From Prevotellaceae bacterium (GTDB lineage: Bacteria > Bacteroidota > Bacteroidia > Bacteroidales > UBA932), in contig JAISYZ010000027.1 of assembly GCA_031269545.1 (NCBI GenBank), forward strand, positions 2,367 through 66,366: a DNA stretch of 64,000 nt, given 5' to 3'. The position numbers and the translations under genes are program-made. Positions 11,993-22,101 of the stretch are shown here, piece by piece; the stretch's first letter is position 1, and every line of letters starts with the position of its first letter. The notes under the pieces are model-generated. The model was not told the origin of the DNA. It was given only the letters and a program-made list of their open reading frames with translations, and made no database searches.

Positions 11993-12260
11993 TTTTACAA
12001 TAATATTTTTATAACAGGTTGCAAATTTTGCAACTTGTTTTATTTTTAGTTGCTCCGTAAAAAATAAAATTTTAAGACAAAAAAATTAATAAACAGCATT
12101 TCGTCACTGCGAGCGCAAAAGAACCTGACAGGCAGGTTGTAATAAATTCAATGTTTGTATAAATTTTTCTTCGTTCCTTTTTTCCGTATGGTGGCATTAT
12201 TTGGAGGGAATATTCTTGTGATAATTCATGTCTTTGTTACAATCTGCCTGACAAATCTTA

Positions 12261-12350
12261 TACCAAAATGCTATCAAAATGCAACTTGTGTAAACTGATT
12301 ATCAACAAAATAGATTGACATTTCAGGTTGTTTTGATGACATTTTTGGTA
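12261..12350 (+). repeat. 90-nt intergenic hairpin element, copy A
   Basis: Shares TGCAAnTTnTATAAATTGATTATCAATAAAATAGATTGATATTTCAGGTTGTTTTGA core and CCAAAA/ATCAAAA..TTTTGAT/TTTTGG inverted ends with copies at 25139, 60031 and 61218. Confidence 0.8.
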
Positions 12351-12800
12351 TTACTCTTGAATTACAAATATTGCTTTTCCTTGAGCTGTTATTTTTCTAC
12401 TTGCGGTACTAAAAAAAACACCATTAACATAAAACCCTGTCATTCCACTTGATTGGCTTCCTGTGTTAGTCAAAAGTAGTCCATTAGATCCTATTTTAGC
12501 GGCTTGTGATTTTAGTTTCTTAATTACTCTATCCTGTGTCGCTTGATTAGAAAACCCAACATCACATGAAGCCTCAACAATTCCAATCGTTTCATATTTC
12601 GTTGGAGATTCAATATAAATTTTCACTTCATTTTCACTAATAGCCGGTCTTACATTTCCTGTAATAATTGATGAACCAACAGCACAACTATATAAAACCA
12701 CACAAAAGAAAATTACTATGATTGTATTAAATACTCGATTTTTTTGCTTGCTATCTTGCAAATTACCAAACTGTTTCATAAATTTAATTTGTTTTTTCAT
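12351..12800 (-). CDS. Hypothetical small lipoprotein
   Basis: ATG at 12800 gives MKKQIKF... with TM/lipobox (FFCVVLYSC); the upstream extension in the ORF track starts at TTG. Confidence 0.55.
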   Translation of the reverse strand: MKKQIKFMKQFGNLQDSKQKNRVFNTIIVIFFCVVLYSCAVGSSIITGNVRPAISENEVKIYIESPTKYETIGIVEASCDVGFSNQATQDRVIKKLKSQAAKIGSNGLLLTNTGSQSSGMTGFYVNGVFFSTASRKITAQGKAIFVIQE

Positions 12801-12885
12801 TTTTTTATCCCTTATTCGTGTCGGGCGCAACTTTTAAGTTAAACTTTTATTTTTATTAAATTAATTTTCAATCTTATACAAATAA

Positions 12886-12909
12886 AAAAGCGGACTTACA
12901 TCCGCTTTT
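12886..12909 (-). terminator. Hairpin with U-tract (AAAAGCGGA-loop-TCCGCTTTT), candidate attenuator terminator in the leader of the 12351-12800 gene
   Basis: 9-bp stem flanked by an A-run and a T-run, 85 nt upstream of the minus-strand ATG; a competing 10-bp pairing partner lies at 12943-12952. Confidence 0.45.
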
Positions 12910-13391
12910 AGAGGTCTTGAGAATTACCCGAAGTTACAAATAGTAAGTCCGCATTACTGCGAACGTTCACTACTTATTATTCTTGTAAGTTCTTTTTTTG
13001 AAATTTCTCAAGTTTCTAAAAGCAAGAATTATAGCAAAACGCTAATCTATATGTCTTTTGTTATGCACATTACGCGCGTTTTTTCGTCTTTATATCATAA
13101 ATTTCTCTTTATCTAATTCATTACAAAATTATAGAAAAAATTTAAATTGCAAACAAAAATATTGAATAAATTTGATTAAGGGATGAAAAATAAATAACGT
13201 ATAAAAGTTTTACTTTTTCGGTTTGCCCTGTCGCTGCGCTTCTCGCAATGATGCGCTATTTTCTCTCTGTGTAACTTTTTTCCATTACACCGCAAACAAA
13301 CAAATCAACCAATAAGCAATTAATACTGAAAATACTTTAAAATATTGGCGATATTTGTACTCAAAACAATAAATTTCATTATTTTTGCCAA

Positions 13392-15380
13392 ATGAAACGA
13401 TACTTTTTGAGATATATTTTGTTGTCGATATTAATGATAATCGAAGGATGCGAAATTTTTTGCCAAACCGATTCGTTGGATGTTTTGGGAAGCCAGACAA
13501 ATAAACAGGAAAAAACAAAAACCGATACTTTGCTTACGTATATTTTTGGCGAATGGCACAAAAGTACCCTTGTCTTTTCGTGGAAGCACAATCCGTATTT
13601 TAATACAGTAGAACGTATTCCAATCAACGATACTTTTCCTGATGCCGTTAGAATAGAATATCCGTTTTTAAAAACTTCGACAGGAGCATCTTTCCTTGGC
13701 GCAGCAGGAAGCGCAGCCGTTTCTCATGACTTTTTTCAACGCAAAAACAATGAATATTTCAAGTTTTTCGAGCCTTACGATGTTTATGCTTTCAATCCCG
13801 ACAATACTCCATTTTACAATACCAAGCGTCCATTTACTGTTTTGTCGTATCAGACGGCTGGAAGCAAACTTACCGAAGAATCGAACATTCGAGTGTTGCA
13901 TACGCAAAATATCAAGCCCGAACTGAATATCGGCTTGCTTTATCAACGCTATGGAACAAAAGGACAATACATAAACGAAGCGACAGACAACAAAGCATTT
14001 TCGTTGTTTGCCGATTATACGGGAAAACGTTATGTCGCTCATGCCGCCTACACTTTCAACAATATTTCGAACAGAGAAAACGGCGGAATAATAAACGATT
14101 CCGATATTACCGATACTGTTATTTCGTCCGAAAATATTGATGTAAACATCAGCAATGCCCGTAATATACTGCGGAAACAAACGCTTTTTTTGACACATTC
14201 GCTTGGCGTTCCTCTTGATTTTTTCAGAAAAAACAAAACCGAAACAAAAATTGGCGAAGGAACATTAATATATTTGGGTAATTCGCTCGAATACACAACT
14301 TTCAAACGCATATATGCGGATGTAAATGGAGAAAATGAAAATTATTATCAAAACTGGTATTATAATATTTCTCGTTCGCGCGATTTATCTCGAACTTCGT
14401 TTTTTGATGCTAAAGTGTTTGCGAAACTTCAGCCATGGGCTTCGGATGCAATAATTTCTACAATCGCCGGAGGACTTGGCTACCGCAATCAAAAATATTA
14501 CGTATTCAACCCCGGTCAATATCTTACAAATGTAAATACATCTTCGGAAAATGATTTGTATTTTTATGCAAATGCCGCAGGAAAATTCAGTAAATACTTT
14601 GAATGGAACGGATATACAAGATATTTCATTACGGGAAAAACAAATTTTACCGTAGATGGAAATATTCGCGTATCGCTGTATCCTGTAACAAATGGAATAC
14701 ATTTTAAAGGCAGATTTTTGTTTCAATATTATGAGCCTAATTTTTTTGAAAAAAACTATTATTCTAATCATCTTATATGGAATAACGATTTTGAAACGAC
14801 AACCCGCACGCAAATCGAAGGCAGCGTTTCGATTCCCGACTGGGATATGGAATTGGGAATAAAGCAGGCATTGATACAGAACTATATTTACAACGACACT
14901 TCGGCATTACCGCAGCAGCACAACGGAAATTTGAGTGTTACATCATTTTTTGTCAGAAAAAATTTCAAACTTGGACTGTTCCGTTTCGATAACGAAATAT
15001 TGATGCAAATTTCGGGCAATGAAAAAGTTCTTCCCTTGCCCAGAATAAGCGTACATGCAGCATGGTATTTGCAGGCGGCGCTTGTGAAATCGGTGCTTAC
15101 AGCGCAAATAGGATTAGACGTTCGTTATAACACGCGTTATTACGCTTATGCATACAATCCTGCCTTGGGCGATTTTCATGTGCAGGAAGAGAAAAAAATA
15201 GGGAATTTTCCTTACCTCGAAGCATTTGTAAATTTAAAATGGAAACGCACCGTCATTTTCGTTAAAATGGCGAATGTTATTAAAAACTCGTTCGGTTCCG
15301 AATATTTTTCGGCGCTGCACTATCCGCGCAACAATACAATGTTGCTTCGGCTTGGCTTGACTTGGCATTTTTTCAATTAA
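13392..15380 (+). CDS. Putative outer-membrane beta-barrel porin (Bacteroidota putative-porin family)
   Basis: 662 aa, signal peptide, alternating beta-strand-like Y/F/N-rich sequence, C-terminal aromatic end (LTWHFFN). Confidence 0.6.
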   Translation: MKRYFLRYILLSILMIIEGCEIFCQTDSLDVLGSQTNKQEKTKTDTLLTYIFGEWHKSTLVFSWKHNPYFNTVERIPINDTFPDAVRIEYPFLKTSTGASFLGAAGSAAVSHDFFQRKNNEYFKFFEPYDVYAFNPDNTPFYNTKRPFTVLSYQTAGSKLTEESNIRVLHTQNIKPELNIGLLYQRYGTKGQYINEATDNKAFSLFADYTGKRYVAHAAYTFNNISNRENGGIINDSDITDTVISSENIDVNISNARNILRKQTLFLTHSLGVPLDFFRKNKTETKIGEGTLIYLGNSLEYTTFKRIYADVNGENENYYQNWYYNISRSRDLSRTSFFDAKVFAKLQPWASDAIISTIAGGLGYRNQKYYVFNPGQYLTNVNTSSENDLYFYANAAGKFSKYFEWNGYTRYFITGKTNFTVDGNIRVSLYPVTNGIHFKGRFLFQYYEPNFFEKNYYSNHLIWNNDFETTTRTQIEGSVSIPDWDMELGIKQALIQNYIYNDTSALPQQHNGNLSVTSFFVRKNFKLGLFRFDNEILMQISGNEKVLPLPRISVHAAWYLQAALVKSVLTAQIGLDVRYNTRYYAYAYNPALGDFHVQEEKKIGNFPYLEAFVNLKWKRTVIFVKMANVIKNSFGSEYFSALHYPRNNTMLLRLGLTWHFFN

Positions 15381-15412
15381 ACAATTATATTTTGAAACCT
15401 GATAAAACCTGT

Positions 15413-16462
15413 ATGGCTCGTCTTGTTCGGCGGCACAAAATTGCAATCCTGCTGGTTGTTGTTTGTTTCTTATTGCTGTATCCGAAACGAATTGCCGACA
15501 ATCAGGCTGTGTTTTATTTTGTAAAAGACAATAGCCTTGTCGTTGCGTTGGGAATAAATGATAATGCATATTTTTTGAAAAACGGAAATGTGTCGGGCTA
15601 TCAGTTCGAATTGATAAACAAATATTGCAATACAATAGAGCGTCATCCTGTTTTTATTCTGGAAGAAGATATTGACAGGCGATTGAATTTGCTTTTTTCA
15701 AACGATGTCGATATTATTGTGTGCGACACAAAGACAGATAGCGTTTCGAGCCTTAAAAATATAAATTCTGTTCGTATAGATAAAGATTTTTCGCAGGCAT
15801 TTTGGCTTGTCAACAGCAAAAATACAGGACTTGCACGAAATTTAAATTTATGGATAAACCGATATGTCGAAACGAAAAATTATAAACTGCTGTCGGCAAA
15901 ATATAAACTTGCACAAAAGTCGAACAATCGTCAAACATCCATTTCGGAATACGATGATTTGATAAAAAAACACAGCGCCACAATCGGCTGGGACTGGCGT
16001 CTGGTTGCTTCGCTTATCTGTCAGGAATCGCAATTCATGCCTGATGTAAAATCACATAAAGATGCAATGGGACTGATGCAAATTCGTCAGCAAACGGCTG
16101 AGTTCCTTGGATTCGACAGCATCGACAGCAATGAAAAAAATATTGCGGCAGGCATCAAACTGATAAGGTTTCTTGATAATTATTTTGCCGAAGATTCGAC
16201 TATAAATGACGCAGAACGCATAAAATTTGTGCTTGCAGCCTATAATTCAGGACATGGTAAAATTGACATTTTCAGAAAACATACGGAACGGGAAGGACGC
16301 AATCCGAGCATTTGGAATGAAGTAGAAAATACAAACGACAGAAAAAAACGCAACAAAAATTCAACAACGCCGCAAGTCCATTTCTTGAGCAAAGAAACGA
16401 TTTTGTTTGTACGCGAAATTCTCATACGCTACGAGCATTACAAAAACTTTTTTTCCCAATGA
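15413..16462 (+). CDS. Lytic murein transglycosylase (MltF-like, SLT domain)
   Basis: SLT catalytic motif (ICQESQFMPDVKSHKDAMGLMQI, AYNSGHG) after a periplasmic-binding-like domain; ATG at 15413 precedes the TM segment. Confidence 0.8.
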   Translation: MARLVRRHKIAILLVVVCFLLLYPKRIADNQAVFYFVKDNSLVVALGINDNAYFLKNGNVSGYQFELINKYCNTIERHPVFILEEDIDRRLNLLFSNDVDIIVCDTKTDSVSSLKNINSVRIDKDFSQAFWLVNSKNTGLARNLNLWINRYVETKNYKLLSAKYKLAQKSNNRQTSISEYDDLIKKHSATIGWDWRLVASLICQESQFMPDVKSHKDAMGLMQIRQQTAEFLGFDSIDSNEKNIAAGIKLIRFLDNYFAEDSTINDAERIKFVLAAYNSGHGKIDIFRKHTEREGRNPSIWNEVENTNDRKKRNKNSTTPQVHFLSKETILFVREILIRYEHYKNFFSQ

Positions 16463-16647
16463 ACATTCATTGTTAATAATTTGTTGAGTTGAAGAACAAA
16501 TAAAAAACAAAAAGAGATTAGCAAAAATTTTATAAGATACTGCTTATTAATTTTTTGTCTTAAAACTTTACTTTTGTAGGAGCGACTAATCTTATAACTG
16601 CTAATCGAAAAGCAATAAATAAAATAATTGAAAAAATAGATTTAAAA

Positions 16648-16686
16648 CAAACAAGCGAGAAGTATTTTGTATTTCTCGCTTGTTTG
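16648..16686 (-). terminator. Rho-independent terminator following tRNA-Ser
   Basis: 14-bp perfect stem (CAAACAAGCGAGAA / TTCTCGCTTGTTTG) with an 11-nt loop, directly 3' of the tRNA; followed by TTTTAAA on the minus strand. Confidence 0.6.
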
Positions 16687-16773
16687 CGGTGAGGGGGGGA
16701 TTCGAACCCCCGGTACCCTTTCGAGTACGACAGTTTAGCAAACTGTTGGTTTCAGCCACTCACCCACCTCACC
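16687..16773 (-). tRNA. tRNA-Ser (anticodon GCU)
   Basis: Hand-folded cloverleaf: acceptor GGTGAGG/CCTCACC, anticodon stem ACAGT/ACTGT with loop TTGCTAA, long variable arm GTACTC-GAAA-GGGTAC, T-arm GGGGG-TTCGAAT-CCCCC; CCA not encoded. Confidence 0.9.
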
Positions 16774-16858
16774 TTTGTAATACCAAGATTAATTCAATTT
16801 TGGGCGACAAAGATACAAAAGTTTTTTAATAATTATCAATTTTATCAGTAATTGTTAA

Positions 16859-17830
16859 TTATTTTGTTTTTGTTTTTGCAATATTATCGCGCATTTCGGT
16901 ATCGGCTTGGATATTTTTCATTTTGTAATAATCCATAATTCCGAGGTTTCCGTTTCTGAATGCTTCAGCCATTGCCAATGGTATTTGCGCTTCGGCTTCA
17001 ATAACTTTTGCACGCGCTTCCTGCGCTTTTGCTTTCATTTCCTGTTCGATGGCTACAGCCATTGCGCGTTTTTCTTCGGCTTTTGCCTGTGCAATATTTT
17101 TGTCGGCATTGGCTTGATCCATTTGCAAAACTGCACCAATATTACGTCCTATATCAATATCGGCAATGTCGATAGATAATATTTCAAATGCTGTTCCTGC
17201 ATCCAAGCCTTTGGCAAGAACGACTTTTGAAATAGAATCGGGATTTTCCAGCACTGCTTTGTGCGATAACGACGAGCCTATTGATGATACTATTCCTTCG
17301 CCAACGCGAGCCAAAACCGTATCTTCGCCTGCGCCGCCGACCAATTGCTTAATGTTTGCGCGAACGGTTACTCGTGCTTTGGTAATAAGTTGAATCCCAT
17401 CTTTTGCCATCGCTGTAACAGGCGGTGTGTTGATAACTTTCGGATTTACCGACATTTGCACTGCTTCGAAAACATCGCGTCCTGCCAAGTCAATAGCGGC
17501 AGCCATTCTGAAATCCAAAGAAATATTTGCCTTGTCGGCAGAAATAAGAGCATTGACAACTTTGGGAACGTCTCCTTTGGCAAGATAATGAGCCTCGAGC
17601 AGATTTGCATCGAGTTTAAGTCCTGCTTTTGTTCCCGTAATCATCGAACGAACAATTGTTTGCGGCGAAACTTTACGCCAGCGCATCAATACAAGTTGTA
17701 TTAATGAAACCCGTACGCCCGAAAGCATTGCTTGAAACCACAGTCCGATTGGTACAAAATATGCAATTATCCATATTCCGACAATCGCAACACCAACCCA
17801 AATTAATGTAAATTGTAAACTTGCATCCAT
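16859..17830 (-). CDS. floA: Flotillin-like protein FloA (UPF0365/SPFH family)
   Basis: 323 aa; N-terminal TM, SPFH core and A/E-rich coiled coil typical of FloA/YqfA. Confidence 0.88.
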   Translation of the reverse strand: MDASLQFTLIWVGVAIVGIWIIAYFVPIGLWFQAMLSGVRVSLIQLVLMRWRKVSPQTIVRSMITGTKAGLKLDANLLEAHYLAKGDVPKVVNALISADKANISLDFRMAAAIDLAGRDVFEAVQMSVNPKVINTPPVTAMAKDGIQLITKARVTVRANIKQLVGGAGEDTVLARVGEGIVSSIGSSLSHKAVLENPDSISKVVLAKGLDAGTAFEILSIDIADIDIGRNIGAVLQMDQANADKNIAQAKAEEKRAMAVAIEQEMKAKAQEARAKVIEAEAQIPLAMAEAFRNGNLGIMDYYKMKNIQADTEMRDNIAKTKTK

Positions 17831-17870
17831 AATTTAATAATTTTTAATTTTTTTGTTTAATTTAATATGT

Positions 17871-18335
17871 TTAATCTTCAATTTTCTTAACTATAACTTT
17901 AGAATCTTCAAATTTTAATACGACAATTTTTGCATCGTGTTCGATAAATTCTAATATGCTTCGCGCTTCCACGTCAACGTTTTTTATACGTACTTTTCCC
18001 ATAGGCGATAAGCGTGTAATGGCAATGCCTTCGTCTCCTATCTGTATGTTTTTTTGCGATGGCGAAACATCTACCGCGCTGTCAATGCTTTTGCTCAACG
18101 ACAATCGCTGCCACGTTTTTGCCCGAAGCGAAAAATACATTGCAATAACGCAGAGAATTATCGCCGCAAGAACGGTGATATGTCCTGCCATTGCGCTAAT
18201 GTTGTATGCAAGAATAATTCCTATAATAATAGAAGCGCCTCCTGCAATTCCTGCAAAACCAATTCCGGGCAATACAACAATTTCCGCAACTAAAAGCAAA
18301 ACGCCCAAAACTATGAGTACTATAACTGTTGTCAT
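17871..18335 (-). CDS. NfeD-family membrane protein
   Basis: 154 aa; three N-terminal TM helices plus C-terminal OB-like NfeD domain; upstream partner of floA. Confidence 0.8.
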   Translation of the reverse strand: MTTVIVLIVLGVLLLVAEIVVLPGIGFAGIAGGASIIIGIILAYNISAMAGHITVLAAIILCVIAMYFSLRAKTWQRLSLSKSIDSAVDVSPSQKNIQIGDEGIAITRLSPMGKVRIKNVDVEARSILEFIEHDAKIVVLKFEDSKVIVKKIED

Positions 18336-18348
18336 TTTATTTGTCTGA

Positions 18349-20316
18349 TTATTTTGTTGTTACTTCATTAATATTTACTTCTGTTATTTCGTTGGCAATA
18401 AGTTTCTCTCGCAAATATATAGCCTGCTCAAAGGTAGTAAAATTTCCGATATTATAAACTATTTTATTGTCAGAATTAATTATTTTTGAAACATCTTTTC
18501 CACTTGCATATTCATTAATTAGTTGTATAACAGGTTTTTCGACACCGACAGGACCAACTGTTACTCTGTAAATTTTATTAACTTCTGTGTGTGAATTTGC
18601 TTTGTTTGTCGGCAATTTTTGTTTTGATTCCATATTTTTTGCTTCGCGCAAGGTTATTGTTTCTCTATCGTTCCATGCCGAAATAAAAATGTCTTTAAAT
18701 CCTAATGTTTTTAACTGTTTCATCGCTGTTTCGGCATCTACATATTTTCTGAATAATCCTATATAGTATCGGCGATTGTTTTTATATAAATCCGTAGTTA
18801 CAGGACTGCAATTTTTGAAAAAATCCGATTCGATTTTTCTATCATCCGCCATAGAAATAATTTGTATTCTGTAAATCAAATTGTCGGGTAATACATAATC
18901 ATGCACCATAATAATCTTTTCGTTGACGGTGAAATTAAACATGTCTTGTTCAGTTGGTTGCGAAGTTGCAATTTCGATGCAAGGCGTTAATCTTATGTTG
19001 TTGTACATTTTTTCACCGAAAGTTTCCATATTGGTTTCTGGTTCGTTTGTTACGGGATATTCAATGTTTACCGTTGATTTCAAATCGTCTGTTAATGTCG
19101 GCTGTATTCCTTTTGTAATAAAATCGTATTCCGATTTACTTATATATATCGACAACTGGCTGACAATGTACTGCATGTCAAACAGTTCGTTTTCTTTGTC
19201 TAATATTTGTTTTTCGATATTTTGCTGTTCCTCATTTTCAACATCGTATATTTTTTCACGCAGGCTGTCGAGCGATTTTTGAATTTCGTTGAATCTGTTA
19301 TTATAATATCGGGCGGCTTTCAGCATTTGTAAATAGTCTTCGTTATTTTCCAATCCTTCTATATTTATTTCAACACATTCATTTTCTTCTTCTTTATCGT
19401 TTTCGACAACAACATCGAGATTTGCTATCTGTTGCAGTTTTTCGTAATTTTCAACTGCTTTGTAGGTTGGATTTATAATAATTTCGGTTTTATATACATA
19501 AACGTTTTCGTTATCGCAATTACGTGTAGAACTGAAACATGCGAAATCGTTATTGTTATCGGGAATATACAAAAAATCATCATAAGGAGAGGAAAACGGA
19601 AATCCTAAATTTTCGGCTTGTTTCCAAATGCCTTTTTCTTCGTCAAAAGCGCTTTTAAACAAATCAAAACCACCCATTCCATAATGTCCGTTAGATGCAA
19701 AATAAAGTGTTTTTCCATCTTCGGCAATATAAGGATACATTTCGTCGAACTGTGTGTTTACAGTAGTTTCGAGCAGTGCAGGTTCGCTCCATATTGTGTC
19801 GTTTATACGATGAATAATATAAATGTCCAAGCCGTTTTTGCCATCTTTGCCATAACTCGAAAAGTAAATTGCATCGGCATTATTGCTGTTTTGATTTGGA
19901 TAAAAAACCAAAGGCAGATTTTTTTCTTCATCGGCATCCATCAACATCGATTTGGCATGAGGCGCAAAATGTCCGTTGCTCAAACTGTCGTAAACATTTA
20001 TAAAATTGCTGATTCCGACTTTCTGCTTTCCTGCGATTTTTGGCTCAAAAATATAATTTACAAGATTGCGTGAATTTTCGGAAATTACAATCTGAAGTTT
20101 CGCCGAATCTAAAATATTTGACGCTGCAATTTGCGAATTTATTATATTTTCGCAAACGGTAATGGCATCTGCAAAACGATATTCGCAGTGCAACAGTTTT
20201 GCCTGCTTCAATAATTGCAAATATATATTTTTCTGTGGTTCAGGCAAATTATCATTTTGCGCCGACACAGAACAACAAAACACAACAGTAAATATGGATA
20301 ACAAATATATTCTCAT
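18349..20316 (-). CDS. Secreted protein with TolB-like PD40 repeats, coiled coil and two C-terminal SPOR domains
   Basis: Signal peptide MRIYLLSIFTVVFCCSVSAQ from the ATG at 20316; PD40-like YPYIAEDGKTLYFASN; SPOR-like YRIQIISMAD...GLFRKYVDAETAMKQLKTLGF and YRVTVGPV... Confidence 0.65.
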   Translation of the reverse strand: MRIYLLSIFTVVFCCSVSAQNDNLPEPQKNIYLQLLKQAKLLHCEYRFADAITVCENIINSQIAASNILDSAKLQIVISENSRNLVNYIFEPKIAGKQKVGISNFINVYDSLSNGHFAPHAKSMLMDADEEKNLPLVFYPNQNSNNADAIYFSSYGKDGKNGLDIYIIHRINDTIWSEPALLETTVNTQFDEMYPYIAEDGKTLYFASNGHYGMGGFDLFKSAFDEEKGIWKQAENLGFPFSSPYDDFLYIPDNNNDFACFSSTRNCDNENVYVYKTEIIINPTYKAVENYEKLQQIANLDVVVENDKEEENECVEINIEGLENNEDYLQMLKAARYYNNRFNEIQKSLDSLREKIYDVENEEQQNIEKQILDKENELFDMQYIVSQLSIYISKSEYDFITKGIQPTLTDDLKSTVNIEYPVTNEPETNMETFGEKMYNNIRLTPCIEIATSQPTEQDMFNFTVNEKIIMVHDYVLPDNLIYRIQIISMADDRKIESDFFKNCSPVTTDLYKNNRRYYIGLFRKYVDAETAMKQLKTLGFKDIFISAWNDRETITLREAKNMESKQKLPTNKANSHTEVNKIYRVTVGPVGVEKPVIQLINEYASGKDVSKIINSDNKIVYNIGNFTTFEQAIYLREKLIANEITEVNINEVTTK

Positions 20317-20485
20317 TAAAAATCTCCAAAACAGTTGCAAAGTTAATCAAATTTTCAAATAAAATTTTAAAAAATGTTATATTTTTTGTAAAAGTTATAA
20401 AGAACAGATTCAAATATTCAGTTCAACATTTTGTTGTTTCCACAAAAATCAGTATAATTGCGTAAAATTAGAAAAAATATTGTAC

Positions 20486-21100
20486 ATGTTTGAAAATACA
20501 TCGGAATACGAAAATTTATCGGTTGAAAATACTGAAAAAACAAAACAGCTTGCCTCGCATTATAAGGCAATTATTGATATTTTGGGCGAAGATTCTTTGC
20601 GCGAAGGTTTGCTTAAAACGCCTGTGCGTATGGCAAAAACCATGCAATTTTTAACGCAAGGATACCAAAGCGATCCTGTTGCTATTTTAAATTCGGCAAA
20701 GTTTAAGGAAGAGTATAAACAAATGGTGCTTGTCAAAGACATTGAACTGTATTCGATGTGCGAACATCATGTTTTGCCTTTTTTCGGAAAAGCGCATGTG
20801 GCTTATATTCCAAATGGATATATTACGGGCTTGAGCAAAATTCCGCGCGTTGTTGATGCCTTTGCCCGCCGATTGCAGGTTCAGGAGCGTTTAACGGTTC
20901 AAATTCGCAACTGTATTCAGGAAACGCTTAATCCGCTTGGTGTTGCTGTCGTTATCGAAGCGCAACACATGTGTATGCAAATTCGCGGAGTGCAAAAACA
21001 ACATTCGGTAACAACAACATCTGCATTCACAGGCGCTTTTCTGAAAGACATTCGCACCCGACAGGAATTTATACGCCTGATTGGAATTAATTTGCATTGA
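20486..21100 (+). CDS. folE: GTP cyclohydrolase I
   Basis: Conserved [18 protein letters not shown] and QERLT motifs; ATG at 20486 (the ORF track uses the TTG at 20480). Confidence 0.93.
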   Translation: MFENTSEYENLSVENTEKTKQLASHYKAIIDILGEDSLREGLLKTPVRMAKTMQFLTQGYQSDPVAILNSAKFKEEYKQMVLVKDIELYSMCEHHVLPFFGKAHVAYIPNGYITGLSKIPRVVDAFARRLQVQERLTVQIRNCIQETLNPLGVAVVIEAQHMCMQIRGVQKQHSVTTTSAFTGAFLKDIRTRQEFIRLIGINLH

Positions 21101-21541
21101 AAAACAATTTATCACAATTTAATTGCAAAAAACATTTAATTTTAAACAAATATATCATTGCAATCAGTTATGACTCAACAATAAATAACTTTCACGTAAA
21201 GATTTTATTTAGTTGATATTTACTTGCTTTTTAAAAGTAAAATTCCCAGATTTCGTAAACGCAAGAACAAAAGTTAAACGCTTTTTCCAATAAATTTTTA
21301 TAATGTGCATACTGTTTTAATCGCTTTTTAATCCATAAGCATACAATATTTACATTATCAGCCACAAAGTTATAATGATATTTTATAATAATGAAAATTT
21401 TATGAAAGTCAGGCAATTTAATGGTTAATATTTGCTGTAGCAAAAGGCTTCGCATGAGCCATTCACATTTTGTTTATTCTAAAAAATCCATCTGTTAACC
21501 AAATTTAACGAATGTTATTAAGTCGGTTGTTGAATATTTTA

Positions 21542-21549
21542 TACTTTTG
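21542..21549 (+). promoter_or_regulatory. Candidate -7 promoter box (TACTTTTG) for the Cys-rich/TonB/HMA cluster
   Basis: TAnnTTTG match 23 nt upstream of the ATG at 21572. Confidence 0.45.
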
Positions 21550-21571
21550 TACAAAATACAAGTGGTGAAAA

Positions 21572-22003
21572 ATGCAAAATATTTCGTATAAAATATTGTC
21601 GTTTGTTCTTTGTGTTGCATATATTTTTGCATCATGGGGTTTTGTGCGTCATGTTTGCAGCGACAACGACGAAAATGTTGCTTACGTGTCGCTGCTTGTC
21701 AATGATGAATGTAATTATTGTCTGGAAAACAGTAATTCCGAACATCAGTGCTGCCATCATACTGCAACGCAAACCGAAGATGAAGATTGCTGCGAAAAAA
21801 CCATTCAAAAAATCAGCAGCGACCAAAACTGTTCGCAATGCAACGGACTTTCGGAATTGATATTTTTAGCATTAAATTCTATTATATTTTCTTCTGAAAC
21901 CAATTTGATTTGCAGCGACCTGTCGAACTCAACAACAACTTATACGCCACTCATACATAACAAAACGCCTTTAATATATATTACAGGACAACTGCGGTTA
22001 TGA
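21572..22003 (+). CDS. Cys/His-rich membrane-anchored small protein (possible metal-binding; resembles small proteins that precede TonB-receptor/HMA genes in Bacteroidota)
   Basis: 143 aa; N-terminal TM, then RHVC, CNYC, HQCCHH, DCCE, CSQC clusters; co-oriented directly upstream of the receptor. Confidence 0.55.
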   Translation: MQNISYKILSFVLCVAYIFASWGFVRHVCSDNDENVAYVSLLVNDECNYCLENSNSEHQCCHHTATQTEDEDCCEKTIQKISSDQNCSQCNGLSELIFLALNSIIFSSETNLICSDLSNSTTTYTPLIHNKTPLIYITGQLRL

Positions 22004-22101
22004 TTTTGTTTTAAAATATTCTATATGCCAAAACTGTAAAATGGTTTTGGTATTCATTACTTTTATAACAAATTTAATTTTTAAACAAATCATAACACAA
22101 A

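Noticed and set aside
13380-13387. TATTTTTG -7-like box immediately before the porin-like gene
   Set aside because: It ends only 5 nt before the ATG at 13392, which encodes a good signal peptide. That is too close to serve as this gene's promoter unless the mRNA is leaderless, so it is not reported as a feature.
21231-21455. 74-aa minus-strand ORF in the folE / Cys-rich gene spacer
   Set aside because: It has no recognisable domain, signal or promoter context, its composition is like the surrounding AT-rich non-coding DNA, and it is probably spurious.
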